Shown one piece after another: positions 30,486-41,982 of a stretch of DNA of 64,000 nt; the stretch's first letter is position 1; the number at the start of each line of letters is the position of its first letter. This stretch comes from Rotaria socialis (taxonomy: Eukaryota): contig CAJNYD010000069.1 in NCBI GenBank assembly GCA_905331295.1, positions 248,001-312,000 of the forward strand. Reading direction: 5' to 3'. The position numbers and the translations under genes are program-made. Below the pieces are notes generated by a model. The model had not been told where the DNA came from. It worked only from the letters and a program-made list of their open reading frames with translations, and did no database searches.

Positions 30486-30918
30486 TTATAACTGGTGAAA
30501 TGTCTTTAAATAATGCGTCCCATGGGAAATATGAAACTTGTAGAATGATTAACTCTCAGCTTCATTTTAATAAAATCATGAAATATGACATGAAGAAACA
30601 TAATAATTCGTAATCTCAGTCGATCGATGATAATCAAACAAAACTGGCATCTTAAAAAAGATTTGACATTTCAGAGATCCCATGGGGAGACAGCTTTTTG
30701 TTTTAGTTGTCCCATCCCATGGGACAGATTTCAACAGCTTGTCCCATGTGATGATTTTTTGCGTCTCATCCCATCCCATGCGGCGCTCTGATATAAAATA
30801 CGCTAAGCCATCTGATGGCAAGTATAGTATAATCATTTTTTCATATTTTAACTTACTTCTATTCAAATTACGTATGTTTCTTTTCAAATTCTATATCAGA
30901 TATTGTATTGAACTAAAT

Positions 30919-31291
30919 ATGCATGCCATATTCCTTCTCGCATTATTTTTCTTACCGACGTTTTGTGCTCAAGATCATCATATAGAATATGATAAATATC
31001 AGCGAATGTTTATGCCGAATTCAATGGCAGCAAATTACTTGTGTATGTATTTCAATGAAGAAAGTCTGTTTTGATTTTTGATTTGAATTATTTATTCTAG
31101 CTCATTTGCCGATAGGGCGATATCGAAATCAATTGTTAGATGCAACAATTGATGATTCATCGATGTTAATGTCATCCGATCAAAATGATCCAGCTTTGCA
31201 ACAACGCACGAAACGGATCTATTGGGAAAATCTTGCATTTCATGCAACTGACTTTAATCAAAAAGTCAAGATACCAAAAAGGTCTAAATAA
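30919..31291 (+). CDS. small secreted protein, putative neuropeptide/prohormone precursor (104 aa, 2 exons)
   Basis: Exons 30919-31042 and 31101-31291 (58-bp GT-AG intron, frame preserved). Signal peptide MHAIFLLALFFLPTFCA. Furin-type RTKR before IYWENLAFHATDFNQKVKIP-KR. AATAAA downstream. Confidence 0.72.
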
Positions 31292-33711
31292 AATACTAAT
31301 TTGAAAATTTACTATTTTTTTGACGTTGTCGAATACTAATAAAAGTCAATAAAAACCAAAGCACCATATGAATTTCAAAATGATTGCAAAGTCGTTTATA
31401 ATAATATAAATATATATTGTTTATATATGATTATTAATTAATGAATTCCGACTGTGTCTAATGGCATCGTATAAAAAATAATTAGTTATTCAACGATAAT
31501 AAATGTTTTCTGCAGGTACTTACGCAATTGAGTTTTAATAGTTTTTTTTGTTATTACAACTCACAAGATTATTTCATATTCATAATCGAAGTTGTGATCC
31601 TACCATAATGAATCAACATGAAGTCAACCAAGGAATTAAATTTCTCATGTAGAAAATTGTCTTTTTGTGAAAGAATGAAATTTATTTCCTCCAGAATTTA
31701 CTTAATAATTATATCAGTTCAATCAAAATGATTGCAGCATCAAATATCTTTAAAATATGTTGGCACTAACAAATTGCAAGTTAAATATGTGATCATCAAA
31801 TAGTTTCCCATAAAAAAATATTTCGAATTATGTTGATGATGAGAAAAAGTAAAGATCTTCGTTATAAGAGCGGGGGACAGTGCTTGAAGGTTTTTAATCT
31901 CACACACTTGACTTCATTCAGTTATGTTGTCTCGAAGGGTTGGCGTAGGTTGTAGCCCATTAGAATGATGTTTGAAAAAGCAGTACTAAAGAAGAAACGA
32001 TGAAAAAACTTGAATTAATTTTGTAGTATAATTCTCAAGATAATCTGTAACAGAATAGAAAAATGCGAAATCTATTTAACAACCTTTGTTTTTCTTAATT
32101 CGATTTTATCTAAGAAAGGCAATCTATAGACTAGCTGAAATTTGATCGAATTCATTCAATAGATAATTTCCTTTCCTAGTGGCAACATCTCTTAACTTGT
32201 TATCTGTCTGAAAATTGTCTCTATTTACTGTCTCTCTTTTTAACGAGAGAAAACTGTTGACTTTGAATAGTCAATAGGATTTGTATTAACTGTTTACTCA
32301 ATAAAACCCCTACATTCCAGCCGAGAACTAATACAGTTCCTGCGAACTAGATGAACTCTATCTTTATTATTCGTTATGTTCTGTCTTGTGAATGACTCTT
32401 TAGTGCAGAAAGTTAAATTCAATAAAAGCACTTAATCAATTTTGTTGAAAAAATGCATTTTTACATTCATAAGAAGCGATCAATATGCAGACGCTTCATA
32501 ATTTATTCAAGAGTCGACCTACAAGTCTCTGATTAATTCAAGTGCCCTGGCTAGACGATCAATTTTATCGTGTCCACGCATTAGTACTGTTTAGTCTATT
32601 TTTTTCTGATTTGTACGTAGGAATCTTTTCATCAGCATCTTTGAAGATCAACAGGCTAGGTAAAAAGCATCGAAGGGAGTGGATCAAATATTGACTTATG
32701 GTAGTGTGAATAATTATTCTTTAATTTTAAAGTAAGAAATAGTTTATGATTTGTTTTTTCTACGAAATTAGTTTAGTGTAAATAATGATTCATTCAAGAT
32801 TTCTTTTTATTAACATGTCAATAAAGAGATTATTGTGCAATAACCATTATTTTTCTCTTTATGCTTTAGCTGAGCAACCGTTTAATCTTTATTGTTATGA
32901 TTAGTACGTTGCTTCTTTGTCTTGCAAGAAAAAAAAACATTATTTTTATGTCATTGAAATCATGGAAAAATTTGAAAGTAAATAAAATTTACTTCATCTG
33001 CTTCTTCATGATTTCTCCGATAGAGTGGAGTTCTTTCCTATGAGTCAACGAATTAATCCAACTCAATCGAATAATTAAATCCGAAGAAAACAAGTTTATT
33101 TTTTATCGACAAAAGATTTCTTCTCGTTTCACTTGCAAATCATGTCCATCGAAAGATCATATTCGAGTTGTGAGAATTCCAATCGACAAGTAAACGTACT
33201 CGTAATTGAGAGTATCGAAAATGAGTCATCACTGATAAAAATTTAACAACGTGTACTTGTGAATAATCTCAGTAATATTGTCTTTTTTAAATACTAATAC
33301 AGAACGAACATAAGCGTGGGTGTGAATATTGATTCCTTTTCAATACAAAATTGAATGTCAACACCAGCAACCACCCACCTACACCTTCACAACCGATTCA
33401 CTATTATAAATAAAAATGCAAATCTGTACTTTGTGAATTTTTCACTTCAAATAGAAGACATTCTTGATACAGCTCCGCCATCATACGATACTTGTGCGAC
33501 TTCTGTATTGTTCTATCCAACATCATGTCATCTCTTATTCCAAGTTACTGAGAACTTGAAAAACAAGGAAAATCTACACTCCCACCGCATTTTCGCGTAT
33601 ATAACGCTGCGAAATTATTCTCTAACTTACCTATCGGTGGCCGTTAAATCATTCTATCTTTTATTGTAGATATTTTACACAATCACGTCACTGCTCACAT
33701 CATTTTTCACA

Positions 33712-34903
33712 ATGCCTAAAAAACTATCAAAACATGTGGGTAGCTGTGTTGGATACACAACTGATTTAGCTGCTGATCATCTACCTATAAACAGTAGAAG
33801 TTCCAGAAAAACCGGCAAATCCAATGGCAAAACCTTTTATGACGATGAAAATTATCGCTGGATGCTCGATTGTCTTGACGGGGGTAAGCTTTTATGGTTA
33901 TTCATACTTTATCATTTCTCATCTTTATTTTCTTATTTTGTTAGGCTACGAAGTCTGTAAAGATTTCTATGAATACATGCAAGATTATAATAATCTTGAG
34001 AAAAAACATATCCATAATCTGGATTCACATTCAACAAAATGGAATTCAAAAATCCAACAGCAATCACCATATTCGTCTTATCATACAACTAAAAATGCAC
34101 AATTACAACTTGTCGGTAAACCAACAGAAGAAGCTAAAATCTTACGGGTTCGCCATGCTGCTATACAAGACGTTATTGATAGATATCTTGCAGAAGTCGA
34201 AATCATATATCCAAGAACACTTTTCGGCACTAGTCATAGACATTATCGTAGCAGTGCAATGAAAGATCTATTTAAAGCTGCACACTATTCGTTATCCAGT
34301 TTGTCAGATAACCTAAAAAAATTACGTGAACAAGAACAAAGTATTGTTAATAGTAATAATGATGGTTCCTATGTAGGTAACAATTCAAATGCAGCGACAA
34401 CAAAACAATTAAAGCAAATTCGAGACAAAATTGCTCACGCTGAAAAGGAATATCACCGAGAGCGTGAAAATTATTGTATGAGGGTACGAGATATTTATGA
34501 ACAATGTCGAATATTGGAAAAAGATCGACTGAATTTAATTAAAGAAACTTTAATTGAATTCACTAAAGTTGCCTATTCATCAGAACATGTAAATCAACAG
34601 CGTCGAGTCTACGAAGAGCTCATGCAATATCTAAATGCTGAACAAGATACTGTCGCCGATTTGAATTTTTGGGCACAAAATTATCGAGTTTATGATTCAG
34701 AAATCGACATGCCATCTAGAATGAATCGCAAGCGTGATGATTCCGATAATGATAGTATCTCTGTTCGACGAATGAGAACATCTTCTGGAAATCAACAGAA
34801 GAATGGCAAACACACAGAAGAAAATGTGCAGCAATCAGATAGTGAAGATGAACCAGAACGATCACTAGCCGACGGAACTGCGGCAAGAAATGAAGTAAAA
34901 TAA
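33712..34903 (+). CDS. PACSIN/syndapin-like F-BAR protein lacking SH3, 2 exons
   Basis: Exons 33712-33883 and 33945-34903. TFYDDENYRWMLDCLDGGYEVCKDF..LEKKH..KW parallels the PACSIN F-BAR start. C-terminal IYEQCRILEKDRLNLIKETL and DLNFWAQNY motifs. Confidence 0.78.
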
Positions 34904-37040
34904 AGCAAACATGCAACAACTGTTGAAAACCGAAAGTAGTAATATAACTGTTCCTACGATCAATTAATTGTAATATATAGAAAATTGGTGTTTTTGTTTT
35001 TTCTTACTCAAGATTAATTTTTTTCTATAGTAACTGTGAATCTTTATTTTTCATTTTTTAATAAACTTAGTACTCGAATTTAGAGATACGTATATAAATA
35101 CGAACTTTCGGTTTTATAAAAATACTGTCATGATTTGATAATAATTATATGTCAACCACAATAGTTATTAGATTTCGAATGATTCATTGCAATATTAGTC
35201 ACGAAATGAATGATTATTGAAACTGTAGTAGGTTTGATGACTTTTTTATTTTTTGAAGGCACTTGAATAATATGCAAAGATTAATTACTAAATTTAAACC
35301 ATACTTCCCACTGAGAGATACGAATGAGCACAGAGCCATTAGTTTTAAGTCAATATAAGTGGTTTCAATAGAAGGTTTCGCTACGTACAATTTTTTTGAA
35401 ATATAGATAAATACACATTTCTTATGTTTTTTTAATATAATCTTCTCGTAAAAAATTCAAGTCCTACAAGAATTTCTACTGCGCATAGTTCAAAAAACGA
35501 GAACCACTTGTGGTCAAGATACGTTGCCCAAAAAGACAGTGTTCATAAGTAGTAAACGTTATTTTTTCATTTCTGAGTGCATATGTAGGTACGGAAATTA
35601 TTGGAGAACATTTTTGGCGCGTGATAATTTACAATTAGTCTGCTGTAGGATTGTACTGGCAAATAAAAGCAGCCAAAAACATCATTTTGGCTATGAAAAG
35701 GCACTTCTAAACTCTTAAAACCCTAGAAAAATCTAAAGTGATAGATGAATAAAAGAGAAAGGTCATGCATTTAATATGTATATTTGAGGGCACAGAACAT
35801 GCTTAAATAATGATGTAATAAGTGAAGATCGAATCAGTTTTTCATTGTGGTCTCCAATTGTAATCTTTTTTTTCATAGAAATTTGAACTAGTTAAAATAC
35901 AACCTCCCTATTGTGAACGCCATCGGGTTGATTCAAAAGCGTTTACTGTAGAGAGTTGATGCATAATTTACTGTAAAACAAAGAAAAGCTTCCGATGTGT
36001 CGACATTTTTACATTATTCCTGGATAAAAACTTGTTTATTTATTTTTCTGTTCTTCTATTTTGTGAAACACAATCTAAAAGGAGTGTAGAAGTAATTATA
36101 TAAGACAGAAAAATATTTTGATTCCGATTAGTTTCAAAGGGATTTAAATATTCTGTTATGCGTTGTGATAAACCATTACCATTATTAATTACTAGCATAA
36201 ATTATTTGTACTTGCTCTTTCTAGATGCGCTCGTACCTTGATGTCATGGTTCTTTTACTGTACACGTACGGTAATTAGTCGAATAGTTCAAAAAATTTAT
36301 CCACTCTTAGTTGATAAGAAAAATATATAGACGATAGCAAGAGGTCAAAACAACATGTTTCTATTAAAGATTTTATACAAGCCGACGAGACTGGCAGAAA
36401 AAATTTCATTGTTCAGAAAAAAAACGTGTTCCCATTGGAGAGATATTCATTAGCAGAGATTTTACTGAAGATTCAAGCCACTTAAAAGCTTTTTAATGCC
36501 TTGGTGATAAATTAATCATTGTGAAATGGAAAAATTTCTTTTAGAATGTTAAGACTACTATTGGATAATGTGAAATTCAAAATGAACCGCTGATTTTTAG
36601 AATTTTATAGGAGAAATATTATTCGTTAGAGTTCGTATGCCGTACATATCAATTTATAGTGCCATCGGAAGTACGGATACACTTGCACTCGGTATGTTAC
36701 GGGAACTGGCAATGTTGAGAACAGAAGGAAAGATTTTTTGAATCAAATTTGTGTTCTCAGAATCTCACGATAGGCATAATAGCAAGCTTTAATTGGTTCG
36801 AAATAAATACTAATTGAATAATCTGATTATCGAGGCGCTCGTACTATCTAAATCAACCATTTTGAGATTTTGGTGCAAGCAGTGATAGGTTTACCATTCT
36901 CTCCATTTCAGTTATTTTATTTTATTCTATATGATACGATACTTCTTTTTACACTTAGCACGTTGCATACAGCAGCTAATAGACAAATGTTTTTGTTTTA
37001 AAGATTTTCGAGTCATATTTTAAGTTCTTAGCATCATTTC

Positions 37041-37823
37041 CTATGGATCTATTGTATTTTGTTGAAAAAATATTTTTTTCAATTCACATCGAATTTCGCT
37101 TGGCATGATAATATAAATATAGAACGAACCTGCACAATTTAAATAGAATAAAAGTCGTATTATGGTAACAACCCGATTTTCAACAGCTGCACGCAAAGGA
37201 TCGTTTTTATTGGCAATTAATTGAGGTATTAACATTCTTCGAACTTGTCTTGCTAAATATTTGTTCACTTGAAAGATACGAACAAATCTTGATTGCCGTA
37301 AATTTCGTATAATACCAATACTGAAATAGCTTATAGCTTTCATAGGTACCATGCTATGTGTCAATGGAGTAACTGCATATGAATAATAAGCCAAAATAAG
37401 AGGGTACCAAATATTGCACTATTAACAAACCATTTCGATGTCCACGGTTTTCGTGTGGCAGCATTTTTGGATGTGCTAATATATTGATCAAAGGATGTCC
37501 AACAAGGATAGAATATAGAACATAATGTTGCAACAGATGCTATATAATTACGAGCTTTACAAATAGTTAGAATTTGATTTAACCAGCGGAATTCCAAATT
37601 CTTCGGTAAGTATTCGTGGTAGAAGTGTTTGCATACGTTGAATTAGACTAGTTATTGTAGCGACAAACAAATATCGAATAGAAGATACTTTCCGAAATCT
37701 GGATCGACTAAAGATATACAATAATGAAGTATTACCAATAACCCCGAATATAAACAGGGGAATACCAACAAAAATATTGAGCATGAGAATTGATACAACA
37801 ATGTTTTCGAGTATGTTACTCAT
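37041..37823 (-). pseudogene. rhodopsin-class orphan GPCR pseudogene (intronless)
   Basis: TM1 GVIGN, TM3 ICK..SFDQY (DRY-like), TM7 FYLNCAGSFYIY spread over three reading frames (shifts near 37560 and 37390). ECL2 and TM6 appear deleted. Confidence 0.8.
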
Positions 37824-38795
37824 ATTTAATGTCTTTAAAGTGAAACTTTGATGGTTGATGAAAAAGTATTATGAATTATGCAGAAAGTTGAGAAAGGCTT
37901 TTTGTTATCTTTAATGATCATACATAAATAAAAATGATCTAGAGTAATCAGATGACGTCCTTTGAAAAACGTGACGATTATAATAGAACAAAAACCTTGA
38001 GAAGACCGAACGATGATATTACCAAAGTAACTGTAATTACACCAGATAGACTAGATTATTAAAAGAAAAAGAAGAACTCATGTAGTAACATCCAATTATT
38101 GTCCTACCAGTTTATTGATCAACCAAAATTTTCAGTTTGTTTAACTACTATAATTATAGAAGTCAGCTTTATTGAACCTTATATTAGTCTTTTAAATTCA
38201 AGAATATTACCAAATATTCAGATTGAAGCAAAAAAATGAATTTTCATAAATATTTAATAGTCCCATGATACGGTCACGCAGTTAAATCGAAAATATCTAT
38301 GAATATGCGTCTTATTTTTTCAATTGAACGTCAACAATTGTACTGGACTAATTGACTTTCTTTCTTTCTGCCGCACGCTGGGCAACGGCGAAGCGTCAAA
38401 GTTGTTTCATGAGTTAAAATTTCGATGGTGGAGCTTATTGTGTTCGTTGTCACTTAATATACAATGAGAAAATCGTGGAAGTATTTCTTCCAAGCAAATA
38501 ATTCATGTATACTTAAACGATATGAATACTAATAATCTTAGAAGAAGAAGGATTTTGTTTTACTAAATGTATTAACCAACTTCACCTTGAGAGCAAAGGG
38601 CTTGCTAATCTCTTGTTTCAAAAAGAAAAGAACAGCATCTACATTAAGCTCGATTAACGTTTGAACTATGAGTCGCAAATTTGCATTTACCTATTCTACG
38701 TCTTAGGGAAATTGAAAATTACTAATGAATGATTTCTATAAAGTAACTAAGAAAATAGTTCACGCCATTTTAGCGCATCTTCACTATATAATTTT

Positions 38796-41781
38796 ATGAT
38801 TAAACAGAGTTCAGATTCATTTGTATGTTGGCACTGTGAAAAGAATTTATTAGATAATCGTTATGTAATTCAAGATAATTTTGCTATTTGTTTAAATTGT
38901 TTCGAAGAAAAATATTCTAATCATTGTTTTCAATGTAATGAAATTATTGGTATTGAAATGGAAGTAACTATATGCAATAGTAGATACTTTGCTTTCATTA
39001 TTTTAGTTTAGGGAAGTAGATTCGAAGATAAAACTTGGCACCGCAAATGTTTTAATTGTTCTATTTGTAAACTATCTTTGATAAATAAGAAATTTGCCTA
39101 TCGAAATGAAAATTTATATTGTCGTCATTGTTTTATTGATGAATTTGCAGAACGATGCTATCGATGCAATCGTTCATTAGAACCAGGTAGAGAGTTTTCA
39201 TCAAAAGTAAAAATTTCAATGAAGTTTTTCTTTATCAGGAGAGAAATGTGCACAATATGATAAACAATTATATCATAAATCTTGTTTTGTATGTAACGCC
39301 TGTCAAGAACCTTTAGTTAATGGGAAATTTCGATGTCGAGATCACTATTTCATTTGTCGTTCATGTCAAATGCGTCTCATGGCTATTTATTGTATCAAAT
39401 GTCACAAAGTATGTAATTAAATATTTGTTTTTTTTGTTCTATAAAAATAAGACCGGGATATACATTGTAATTAAAAATACCGATCCTATTGAATTGAACT
39501 CTCGAAGTGAAAATATTTTCATGTTTGATAAAGATTATTTTCTCGCATGTGAACTGTAATAGCTGTTATCGACCATTTTTGGGTTATAAAGAAATTTCTG
39601 TGAAACTAAAAGAGTCTGTCTTCATGGTCTGGCAGCGCTAAGTTTCGATCCGTACGCTAATATTAACTGAAACATAAAATAAGGCAATTCGGATTTGAAA
39701 TATTGTTAATCACAGTTTTTTTGCGTTTAGATATTGAATTTCCAAACAATAGACGTTTGTTGTCAACATAAAAAGCAAATCGAAGTTATTTGAAACTTTC
39801 ATAAAAGAATATTTTTTACTACTCAATACTTGAAACTGGGTAAAAAACAAGCGAAGTAAAATGAGCTGTTTTGTGCTTTTTCAGCTGTGCCGACAACATT
39901 TTACTACTGTAAAACAGCTAGATTACGTTTAGTTTCGTTTATTTGTAAGAGGCAAACAAATCTGATTTTTCTAGAAATTTTTATTCTTTGACAAGTCACA
40001 AAAAGAATTTTACACGAAATTGAAAATTGTCTGTGAAGAGATAAATGTATAATTAATAGGAATACCTAGAAAGACGGCAAAGTTGGCTTTTCAATCTCTC
40101 ATTTATACGAAAAATAAACATAGAATCCTACTTTTCCTTATTCATATCTTGCGAGTTCATTTATTCTAAAGATTGTAGGCATCCATAGTGAGAACTCACT
40201 TAGCACATGACATTTGTTTTTCTTATAGTTCTGTATGATTGTAATTAAAAAAACGTTTTTTTTCCTATTAACAGTTCACCACGTAGAGAGTTCTATGTAT
40301 TCTTTCACTGGATTTGAAGGATTATTGATTGAAACCCATCAATCTCTGTTTTTATTTGATTCATATTCTCGAATCAACAAAACAGATTCAAGGCGAGCGA
40401 CAAATGTTTCGTACAATCATACCGTATTAATTATACATCGATATTAAAAATAAGAACTGAATTCACAGTTGTATTCAAAAAATGTCGAATAAAAAAATAT
40501 GCGTTACCTGTTTTTTTTTGCAAATGAATTGTATGAAAGGAGTAGTGAAACTAAGCACTATCGAAAATCCGATGATATCTTTGCCAATCAGAACTGATTT
40601 CTTATAGATTTTTAACTTACTAACATTTGGAAGCGTACCAGCTTCACAAACGATTAGCGTCAATTCTTCGAAAAACATTGAAGGACGAAATAAAAACTGC
40701 CTTGTATTCTATGAAGGGTTCTGAATAGAAAATTACTTAGTCCAACATGCGTATATCTATTGAATAAGACTCATTGATACTTGTAACAGATTCGATTAAA
40801 TCATCTAACGGCTTTTTTGATTACTATTACACAGATCTTAAATTGAATTTTCAAATAATACATAATCCACTTTGCGGTTATTTTGGGTCTTTTTCTTTCA
40901 CAACAAAATATATTCAAATTACACTGTCTGAGTAACATTATCATAAGAAAGAATGGTTATTGGATACATGGATGATTCATCATCTTCTTCTTTCAGCCAA
41001 CGAATTTCAACTTTATCGATCAATATTTAACAAATGAAATTGTATGATCGATCTTGTTGTTGTTTTTTACCAGAAAATGTTTTCTTTTACTTTCTTCTGT
41101 GTTTTTGTTTTTCTTTCGAAAGAAGTAAAATCTACTGCTTTTAAATTTAAAAATCGCAGTGTCTTGTAAAAAAAATAACTATTGGTATTCTTTTTCAAAC
41201 ACATTCGAGCTGCTAAAATCAAGTGTTTAAATAAACAATTTGAGGAAGAAAACCCACATTTGTCCTTCCAACTCTTTCTATTTCTATCAGTTTTTTCATT
41301 CAATAAGAATTTTTTTGTTTAAATCACTGTTTGATTATGTTGAATAAATCTATATAGTGAAAATAAAATGAGTTATGGTAATTCAAAGTCCTACTTCATG
41401 CACTACTAGACAAGTTCATACTCAATCTTCGCAGTATCATATGTTTAAGAAAAATTAAATTCAAGTGTGAGCACTTTTAAATCGTATGATGAGAAGAATG
41501 TGAACAAGAGCAAAACAGATCTACTTACTTCAATATTAATATTCTCTTATTCGAGACCTATCTTTCAATTAATCCTAAATATTAAACAGAAAATAATTTT
41601 TCTTTTTTTCTCTCCATAGGCCATTGAAAACGACGGAGTAGTCTATCATAACCATCCATTTCATAGTGAATGTTTTGTATGTACCAATTGTACTAATCCA
41701 TTAGGAAATCAACGTTATGTTGAATATAATAATGATGCTTATTGTTCAAAATGTTCTTCAAGTCTGTTTATTAAAAGTTAA
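38796..41781 (+). CDS. FHL-type LIM-domain protein
   Basis: Exons about 38796-38963, 39012-39186, 39239-39408, 41620-41781. Half-LIM CWHC..CLNC plus three full LIMs (CFQC, CYRC, CIKC with HxxCxxCxxC). The 5' end may extend upstream. Confidence 0.85.
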
Positions 41782-41982
41782 CACCATAATACAAAACGAA
41801 CTATTGAATATTGTCAATTTACTTGTTTGATTTTTTTCCGTTTATTCTCATGAAACCGGCATTTAGCTTCGGAAATAAAAGTTACAATAGTTAATTATTG
41901 CAATAATTAAAAAGAGACAGAAAGAAAGAAAGAAAGAAAGTATTATTTACAAAACATAAGAGAAAAGGCACCACAATGTTGC

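Larger units (their letters stand above)
29641..30790. mobile_element. non-autonomous hAT-like DNA transposon carrying two nested MITEs
   Basis: TIRs cagtgatccgcgtgggatggga / tcccatcccatgcggcgctctg. Perfect 8-bp TSD ATATAAAA at 29633-29640 and 30791-30798. Subterminal tcccatggga repeats. No transposase ORF. Confidence 0.88.

Noticed and set aside
29643..30887. ORFs of 62-103 aa on both strands in the MITE cluster
   Set aside because: Products of palindromic, repetitive non-coding DNA with no transposase motifs.
31548..31570. ttattacaactcacaaga resembles the bdelloid spliced-leader exon as I recall it
   Set aside because: Partial AT-rich match with no following GT donor or evident Sm site; likely chance.
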